A stretch of 44,624 nt of DNA from Perkinsus olseni (lineage: Eukaryota). Location: NCBI GenBank assembly GCA_013115125.1, contig JABANN010000270.1, positions 1-44,624 of the forward strand. The letters run 5' to 3'. The translations under genes were made by a program, and so were the position numbers. Numbering within the stretch: position 1 is the first letter of the stretch; each line of letters starts with the position of its first letter. Of the stretch, positions 36,240 through 44,624 are shown piece after piece. The notes beneath the pieces were generated by a model. It searched no databases, had not been told where the DNA came from, and was given only the letters and a program-made list of their open reading frames with translations.

Positions 36240-37523
36240 TACCGTAACGAAGGCGATTGGTGACGATGAGGTCAAGGGGGTCATCGCATGGTGCCTAGAC
36301 GAGCACGTCAAACAGCAGGAGTATCGCCAGACCCCGACGGAACAGTATCAGCTGACGTACCACCAGCTTCGCCAGCGTCACAGTGGACCTGAGCGGTATC
36401 AATACGGGAAACAGGGACAAGAGGGGAAGGCTACCGCGGCTCTGGCCACTCTGTTGATGAAGGAGGATTCAACGCGCTGTATCCGGCCTTTGGCCTCCGA
36501 CTGGAACCGCCTCAGTCTCTCTGCTGCCTCTGCTGCGGTGATACGTCCCTTCTCTAAAGCATCGTCAGTCATCTTGGAGACCTGGACAGAGGCGAAGGTT
36601 TGCATTCGCGGCGGAGTCCCCGGTTCGAAACCCGACCCATGCACTACCTCTTGCCTCCAGCAGTCGAAGTCGGCTTTCCAATTAGTAAGATGCAGTCGTT
36701 CTATGAGGTTATTCATGACCGTCACGCCTAAGGCAACCACTAGCTGCCCCCCGACAGAAACTTGAGCTACTACCATTATGGGCCTTCTGGGCGGAGCTGT
36801 CTCGAGCAGCCTGCTCTAGCCGACCACAGAGGACGCCCAGGCCGGAGACGGTAAAGTTCATCCGCTGGCGGTACAGCGTCCACCTGAAACCACCACCGAA
36901 CGTATGCTTGGCGGCCCATACTTCCCGTCTACTACTCGGGGTTATCTGGATGCCGCTGGTAAGTGATGGTCTCCTGCATCCGGAAAAAACTGCCTGAACG
37001 GAGCCAAATATGGACTAAGTGAAAAGCGAAGGAGAAGTTCCTCACTGAAAGTGTAGTTGGACCCCTTAGCCACCAGCACTCTATTGCGAACATCACACTC
37101 GACGTCCTCGACAGCATAGCCCTGATGGTGTAGATAATAATGAGAATGTCCTCAGGCGGGTATCACCTCCATGTTCCTCTTGTACATCATCCTCACCCAG
37201 CTGGGCAAGTCGTACTCTAGGTAGAATAGACGACGGACTCGAAGTCTCTGAGCAGCAACTAAGGTTGGACCATGCCGCCGCCTTCGCCCGGCGTTACCCC
37301 AGAATTCTGGTCCACTTCCCTGCATAGAGTGTCGACCTCCTTAACGTGAGACTGCTCAGGATTCGGGTATTTGGTCCACCAAGCAGAGGTACCTGATGTT
37401 CCCGAGTTGACCTACTTTGTATCTTGCAAGCTCAACCTATGATACCCGTAAGCGGCACCCTATCCCCATCTTACAAGTCTCCCAGTCGTACGGGAATGTG
37501 TGAGTCCTCTCGAAAAACCGCAT
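36240..37523 (-). CDS. PRELI/Ups-family mitochondrial lipid-transfer protein (3' end approximate)
   Basis: Spliced MRFFERTHTFPYDWET|CTSAWWTKYPNPEQSHVKEVDTLCREVD..RLF..LPSWV..E..NYTFSSFFRMQETITYQRHPDNPE..WTLYRQ: classic PRELI signature. Confidence 0.88.
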
Positions 37524-37999
37524 CGGATGGAAAAATTAAATCTCGGCGTGGCTAAATGCCACGTGAAACTGAAGACGTCCGCATCATCGAAATTCCCCCA
37601 TCGTTCCCTTCCCGGCACGCCTACCAGCCGAATGAATTTCGATGGCCGGGCGCGCGCGGCTGCTGTAGAACAGTTTGAAAATTGCAAAAATCTGGTGCCC
37701 ATCATCAGCGCGGGAGAGAAGGGCAAAGAGCAGCGATAGCGACGGAGGAGCTGGGAGCTTCCATGACAGGTATGGTGAGAATGGATAGGGGGAAAGTGAT
37801 CGCGCTGACGATAGCCCTGAGGCGTCACCTTCGAGAGAGGTTTGACGGACAAAGGTGGGCTGAAGACACTCCCCATCTCGCGTCGGATACCTCTGTTGTG
37901 ACGACACGAAGACGCTCTTCGTAGTGGCTTCGGTTGAAGGCATGGCGGGGGTTGTTGTTGGGTTTCTGATAGGGCATCGCGAGTAGTTGATCATCATCA

Positions 38000-40570
38000 A
38001 TGCCTTCCTCATCGACACTGGATTCGCCCTTACTAAAGAGTCGAGGAACGGAGCATCCGGCTGCTATAAAGGGTGAAGGCAGCTTCACTAACCCTAGGCT
38101 CACGGTAGTAGCAATACCGAAGGAAAAAATCGTACCAGCCCCTAGTAGTGGCCGAGGGCACATTGGGGAGGGGCATGAACAGGCGAAGGATGTAAGGCGA
38201 CAACTGAAGGAAGCTTTGGTAGTACTGATGGTGATGGTTGTTGTGATGGCTGCAGGTCCAACGGCGGCTGAGGAGGGCCATCTGCCTATCATGCTTCTTC
38301 ATGATACTCGAGATAGTCGGAGGTATCTTAGCTCACTCCTTGGCAATCGTAATACAATGCAATTGGTTCATCGCGCAGACGTATGTGTCATACCACTCCT
38401 TGCCCTAATCAGGTGACTGACGCGGCACATATCATGTCTGATGTATCCGGCTTCGCCGTGTCCCTGTTCGCCGTCGTTCTAGCAGGCAAAACTCCTACTT
38501 CCCAATACACGTGAGTGGCGTCTCTCTCACTGTCCCTCCATTACCACCGCCGCCGTCCTCAGTTACGGCTACAGGCAGGCGGAGATCCTCGGAGCCTTGT
38601 TCTCCGTGATGATCGTCTGGTTCATGACGGGTGTCCTGCTTTGGGAGGCCATCCAAAGGTTTATCAACCTCGAAGAGGTTAATGGCGGACTTATGAGCAT
38701 CATGGCGGTACGTTGGCGATGTCGTTCCTAGTGTAGCATCCCTCGCGCCTTTGGTCAGCTTATCGGCCTGCTGGTGAACTTCTGTCTAATGGCGACCCTA
38801 GGCCACAATCACACCCATGGTGGTGGCGCAGCAGCTGCCGGTGGCCATGGTCATTCCCATGGGAAGCAAGGGGACATCGAGGAAGGTGGACATACCCACA
38901 CTCACTCACATGGTAATGCACGTTCCTGTTCCACGACGACCGATACTTCTCGCCGCCCAGAGCAATTTCTGTCGGTTCTAACGTGGCCGCCCGTTAGCAC
39001 AGGGCGATTATCGTCACTTTTTCTCAACTGAATCCTCCTCACCTTGAGCCGTGAAATTCTTAAGGACCGCCTTCGCTGCGAAGGCAGCACGGTCACTCGA
39101 ATGTGCAGAAGTCATGCTCCCAGCACCAACAGTGAGGGCGGGGTGTAGGGCATGATGGTATGCCGAATGATGGGCGTCGGGGTGCTTGGATGTCTGATAG
39201 ATGGCAGAGGACCACGTTCTTGTCATCTGTCATCTCGTTGACGGTTTCTGCTACCGTGCCGCCGTGGCCTACTTACTGTGCGTAGGCTCACAAAATTGTG
39301 TTGCAACTGGGGTAACGCAACTGGTCTGTTTGCTTTACACGTGTATACCTTGCATGGCCTGTTCTCTGCTTATGGTCAATCAATAGTGGTACTCGTAACA
39401 CTAGTACTAGTGTGGTAGTGATTATGAATACTATTGTTATAGCTTTCTGCGTAGTTGTACGTTGTCGATAGCGTCATGCCTGCTGGCCCAATCAGTTCAT
39501 CCCCCTCTGTGTTTTACTCAGATAGCCATAACCTAGCTCTTGATGCTGCTGTGGTCCACGTACTGGGAGATATCGTAAGTTGAAGCGTGCAACTGACAGG
39601 GAGGTAATATCTTCCCGTTCACGTCATCAGATCCAGTCATTGGGTGTACTCCTAGCTGCTGTCCTCATCTACTGGAAGCCCTTCAATGTCGGTCATGTAA
39701 ACGGAGTTTCAAAATGGAAGTGAGCAGCTGCTGCCAGCTTCCAGTAGCACCGCAGTTGCTCTGCTCTCCTCAGCTATGCTGATCCGGCCTGTACCATCCT
39801 CTTCTCTATTCTGGTCATGTTTACTACCTTTAGTAAGTCATGCCCCCCCTACTCCCTCCTCCACTCCTCCCCCTCCTTCAGAAACCGTAAAGCAATCAGT
39901 GCATATCCTGATGCAGAGAGTACCGGACAGCGTGGATGTGGATTTGCTGCAGACCAAGCTCAGGCATGTTGAACATGTCCAGTGTGTAATCCTCCCTTAC
40001 CACCATGGAAGACATCTTTGACCTCGGGCGTATCTTAGGTTCATGATGTCCATGTATGGAGTGTGGGGTCTAGTGGCAATATCTGTACGGCCCATATAGT
40101 GGTATCAGGCTGCTCCAACTGCAGTAAGTAGCCCATGATGCTGCTGCTGCTGTGTGTTCCTACCCATGTGCTGTTCAGGCCAAGTCCTCAATGAGGCGAC
40201 TAAAGTAGCCAATGATATGGGTATTAGTCATACCACTTTCCAGTTGGAAGCCAGGGCTGAGGATGTTGACGTCGATGCCCTACAGGTAGTCCCCTAGTTC
40301 AACTACCTGCCCGCTCCGGATGCTCGCTCAGTGTTCTCCAGCTCAACCATCCCTCGTTCTTTCAGAGTTCTTGCTGTCACAATCAAGCCTGCAACAAGGG
40401 TGATGACACCTGCGGGGCGCCATCAGAGGCCATATCAGCGCCAGTAGTCATCGTCTCGCCCAGGGACGCATCGCCATTATTGAGGGTAAGTCCACGGTGA
40501 TGCCGGTCCATGCTTCTCATCGTTGTCCCTCTCTTGCTAGGCCCAGCAGCCATACGGTCATGAGCACTGA
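38000..40570 (+). CDS. Cation diffusion facilitator zinc transporter (ZnT/MTP1-type), copy 1
   Basis: FMILEIVGGILAHSLAIVTDAAHIMSD (TM2 HxxxD), YGYRQAEILGA, His-rich loop, NLALDAAVVHVLGD (TM5), [22 protein letters not shown]. Confidence 0.92.
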
Positions 40571-40891
40571 GCCGGTCTTGGAGGGTTCTAGAAGTTGCAA
40601 AGGTTGTATTTTCCGTACGAAGCTTGTATCGTTGTTGCTGCTGGTAGAGCTGCTCGTGTGGTCGTAACTTTATATGGGGCGGGCTCTGCTTCGCTAAGAG
40701 ACCTGCCTCGCCACACCCTCGATTGGTGGGGGGTCATTGCCGATCACTCGCAGCCTTATACACTACTGTTCCATCATTATCACATCTGAACTATCGCGGG
40801 TTCTCTGTCATATTTTCCCGCTATCTGTTGAGGTTCGTGTTTTCCGGGGGTTGTACTACCGTGTGCTTGCTCCAGCAGCTTTTTTAGTTCC

Positions 40892-42571
40892 ATGAGCGCA
40901 TCCCAGCGTAGCAGAGATTCTACTAACAGGAACATCAGGATCAGATTATGGATCGTCATAGCAATAGCGACTGCCTTCATGCTGGGCGAGGTCGTCGGAG
41001 GAATAATCGCCAAGTCTCTCGCCATCGTAGGCCCATCCCCAGCCCATCAGCCGCCATCTTGCTTCCCGCTGTAGATTGCTGATGCTGCCCACATCCTGTC
41101 CGATATATCTGGTCTCGTTGTGTCCTTGGTCGCCATCAAACTCAGCGCTCGAGAGCCGAACTGTCGCTACACGTGAGCGCAGTCCATCGTTGCCGTGTGG
41201 CTCGGTCATTCCGTCGCTTGGACGGTCTCAGGTATGGGTACTGGCAGGCTGAGGTCATCGGTGCACTCTTGTCAATTATGATAATCTGGACTACCACTAT
41301 TATTCTATTTTTTGAAGCCATCGAACGGTTTATCTCTCCTGAGGATGTGGATGGAGTTGTGATGTTCAGCCTCGGAGTAAGCCTTCTCGTGGGTGTGCTC
41401 GCCCTCCTTAATGCGGTTGTTAGGTTGCTGGCCTGGTGGTCAACGCTATTATGATGCTAGTTCTTGGTCATAACCACAGTCATGGTCATAGTCATGGTCA
41501 TAGTCATGGTCATAGTCATGATGACCACTCCCATGCTCATCGTGAAGACCATACGACAGAAGATCCCCATTCTGCAGTGGAGGAAGATGAGCTTGTGTTG
41601 GATTCCTCGCCCTCGCACTCCTCCAAGTTCCGGAAGCCTGCGAGCCGAGAATCCCTCCATACTCATCAGGTGCTGCGCCCGCCCATCATGCTCATCGCCG
41701 TCGTCGTAACCTGGCCCTCGACGCCGCCTTTATCCACGTACTGGGAGATCTTGTAGCTATCCTCGCTGCTGTCCATCCTATCATCATACTCCTTCGCCAG
41801 ATACAATCTGTTGGGGTCGTCATAGCCGCCGCTCTCATATGGTGGAAGCCTTTCGATATCGGCTCTACCTCTGACGGTGTGTCCCACTGGAAGTATGTTC
41901 AGAACCTATTAGCCCCTCTTAGCGGAGGCTCCATGCCCTCCTCACGACCTGTTCAGTTACTTCGACCCCATCTGTACCGTTATATTCTCCGTCTTGGTTC
42001 TCCTACCAACCACTCGTAAGCCTACTCAACTGTCGCCCCTCGCACGGCATGTCGATTCATTGAGGTACCCTGAGGAGGTCTCTACGTGCCTTGATGCATA
42101 AAGCTCCCGAGCATGTGGACGTCCACCTATTGCAGACGAAACTCAGGGAGATACCATACGTCGATTGCGTACCAGCAGTCGTCTACCGCCCTTCGTCCGG
42201 GTAGCTGTCATTCCGACTAGGTTCATGACGTCCACGTATGGAGTGTCGGATCGGCCAATACCATCTGTACTGCTCATGTGGCTTTCATAGGGTACGATAA
42301 CAGCGGTAGGATGGCCTCACCACTACAGCCGGACGTGAATACCATCACAGGTGCGGTATTGGCCGAAGCAAAGGCGGTCGCCAGCGATATGGGAATATCC
42401 CATTCGACTTTTCAACTCGAGGCATGCTCGGAGGATAGCGATGAAAAGGAGAGAAGGGTGAGCTAGACAACTTTCGCCAGTAGTCCTCATACTCCTTTCA
42501 GGACACCTGTTGTCATAGAGAGTCATGTTACGCTGGAGAGTCGACCTGTGCCAGCGTTTTCGAGGAACTAG
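40892..42571 (+). CDS. Cation diffusion facilitator zinc transporter, tandem copy 2
   Basis: [38 protein letters not shown], (HSHG)n loop, [36 protein letters not shown]. Most intron positions match copy 1. Confidence 0.92.
41468..41520 (+). repeat. 12-bp tandem repeat (catagtcatggt) encoding (HSHG)n
   Basis: Directly visible tandem copies in the His loop of transporter 2. Confidence 0.85.
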
Positions 42572-42599
42572 TGGTGTAAGCCCTTGCAGTGGTGTGTCC

Positions 42600-44624
42600 C
42601 TGCAAGCACCAGGATGGCAGCGAGTATGAACATTATTGTGTTCGTGGTCGAGCCAGGAGCCTATGGACTAATTGTCGAAAACTTTAATATCGTTGAATTC
42701 GTACTGACTGATAATATTATCCTCTCCTGTGCTGTGAGGTGTGTCATCGATCGAATGGTTACTGTCCTCCTGGGCCATCGAGAGGCCCATGGAGTAACTG
42801 TGGTAGAAACTGTAGAAGCATTCAATATCCTCAAGCTCATATCGGCTGATTATACTCCCCAACTCTCTTATGTAGCTAACTGTCGTCCCCACGTAATGGT
42901 AATTACATAGTAAGTTCCTTTCGCTATTGCGATCGTGTAGCCCTAGTATATGAGCATGTTTCTATGGCTATCTGAAGTGGATTGTGTTATGACTGGGTGA
43001 GGGAGTAGGAATACAGTAGTTACGACTTGGATCCTTTGGTTTCTGTGCTATATGTAACCTTAGTCATCGTCATGCGATGCATCCTCGGCCTTCGTGAGAA
43101 TCCTCTGGCTCACTCTTATAGTGTTGTTCCGAGCACAAGACCCTCTCAAGGGGCTTCTGATGGGCCAGCATGAGTTACTGTTGGCCTATCACAACGACTG
43201 GTGGGGAAGCGCTTCGACCCTTGGCAAGCGATATCACGGTTGCTGACCGCTTCGGGAGCTGCTGGTCATCACACTTTGTGCAGATGTAGACTGCTACGCT
43301 GCATGATCATCCCCTTCTCACTGACGGGTGGATCGAACTCTTACGCATACGCATGTGTGTGCGGCGACCATCCCTCAAGCGGCCTATTCCTCACGTGGTA
43401 GTGTCGATGGTGCTTAGGCGAGCGAGAGTCTATTCTTCGACTATACGTGCCTTCGGTGGAATCTCGAGTGTGCGGTCTACCACTCCAGATAAGACCTCCA
43501 GAAGGGGTTGTATTTTTCTCGAGACCTTCCGTTCCATCCTGTGCGATTTTACGGCGAGAGTCTTCGAACATTTGTCCCAACGTCTCGGCAGTCGGGAGAG
43601 GCGCTTCTCGACCATGTGTGCTAGGTCTAGGGAGTAGTTAAAACCTGAAGTAATCGGACACTCCGCCTCCTCACGCCCCGCCTCGAGCGAGTTTTGTCTC
43701 CAACAGCAGGCGTAGTAGCATGAGGGTCATCATTGAGTTCGTTGAGCTTGTTGAAGAGGTTACTCATAATCTACACTTGTAGAAGGCGTGTTGGAGAGAA
43801 TGATCGCCTCTACACAGCGGTCCGTGTAGGGACGATTCTCATCAACTTTGGCTTGATGTCATCTGTAACGAAGAGAGTACAACGTGCGAAAGTGAGGCTG
43901 TTATGCCACAAGGAACGACAATTCTTCCACTGCTTTCGAGGCCGATATGGTTATAAACTCATGACGATACACATGCAGAGGTGACGCCACTACGGGACAG
44001 GGCAGCAGCAACAGCTGCAGTTGGGGATCGAGCCAGGATTGCCTCACTTGCCCGACCACCGCTCGGACGCCACATGGCATGGTGGCCTCACTTCCGCATT
44101 CTCTCCGTTGCAGAGTGTACACCAGCAGTATACTGGTATTGGAGTGGCGCCGCGAAGTCCTCTCTTGTCATTTTCCACGAACATGTGTTTTGGGAGTCAT
44201 AGAAGCAGCGGGACAGATAACAGTAGTAACGCACAAATGGCGCGTAGTGAGTACGCGTGCTGCTGGTGGCCGCACTTGTGCGTTACACTCCACGCGTGTT
44301 GTGGGTGCAGATTGCCTACTACCGGTGCTCCTCTACTCGGTTGGTTGGTCCTGAGTATGTCCCGTCAGACTGAAGATCGTTCTCGCCGACCTCTGTCCCG
44401 GTCCGGTAGTGAGGAACCTCCACTACAGCGTCCGCGGTTGTTCCATGCCCCGGTTGACGAGCCTGAGTATTTCTCACCTACGGCGGAGATTGAAGCGAGA
44501 GCAAGCTTCTTGGTGGACGGAGGCCTCGCTCTATGCGGGGTACCTCACAAGTGTAGCGGCCCGAGCGGGGAAGGACCCGCGAGGGCCTAGGGCGAGCGCG
44601 GGTGGCCACTGACACCGGGAACTA
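42600..44624. other. Degenerate region with broken ORFs, probably decayed repeat or pseudogene DNA
   Basis: Short ORFs interrupted by stops on both strands; no recognisable family motif. Confidence 0.25.

Noticed and set aside
38935-39200. U3 snoRNA resemblance (acgacc..tactt, gagccgtgaa, tgtctga), also RNase P/MRP or telomerase RNA
   Set aside because: No proper box A complementarity to the 18S 5' end, no UGAUGA box C, no P4 consensus pair and no CCCTAA-type template that I could see.
1-44624. Relict spliced-leader sequence (ccgtagccat..tggctcaag), CRISPR arrays, tRNA or rRNA genes
   Set aside because: None found by eye on either strand; only short partial matches such as cttgagcc near 39043.

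Overview
Gene-dense eukaryotic nuclear DNA. Many 40-60 nt GT-AG introns, short intergenic gaps and the protein families present point to an alveolate, most likely Perkinsus (my inference, no search run). Well-supported genes: a secreted S8 subtilisin, SF3B1, an EF-hand protein, a Myb/SANT-like + EEP nuclease fusion, ATG101, a FEN1-like nuclease, a GLFG nucleoporin (Nup98 family), a PRELI/Ups lipid-transfer protein and a tandem pair of His-rich CDF zinc transporters. Less certain: an AP2-like factor, an LRRC61-like gene and an F-box/Neuralized-like gene. Mobile or decayed DNA includes a hAT transposase relic at the left end and a 395-bp MITE with perfect 15-bp TIRs and an AAT target duplication. 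Most interesting signals: (1) several introns longer than the usual size carry complementary arms that would fold them back to roughly standard length, including a heavily structured 609-nt intron; (2) a spliced 78-aa secreted 6-Cys peptide gene, missed by the ORF track, lies directly behind the subtilisin; (3) the Myb-EEP fusion; (4) a Nup98 whose HFS autoproteolysis motif reads NFA and has no Nup96 part. Exon boundaries were derived by hand and some termini are approximate.
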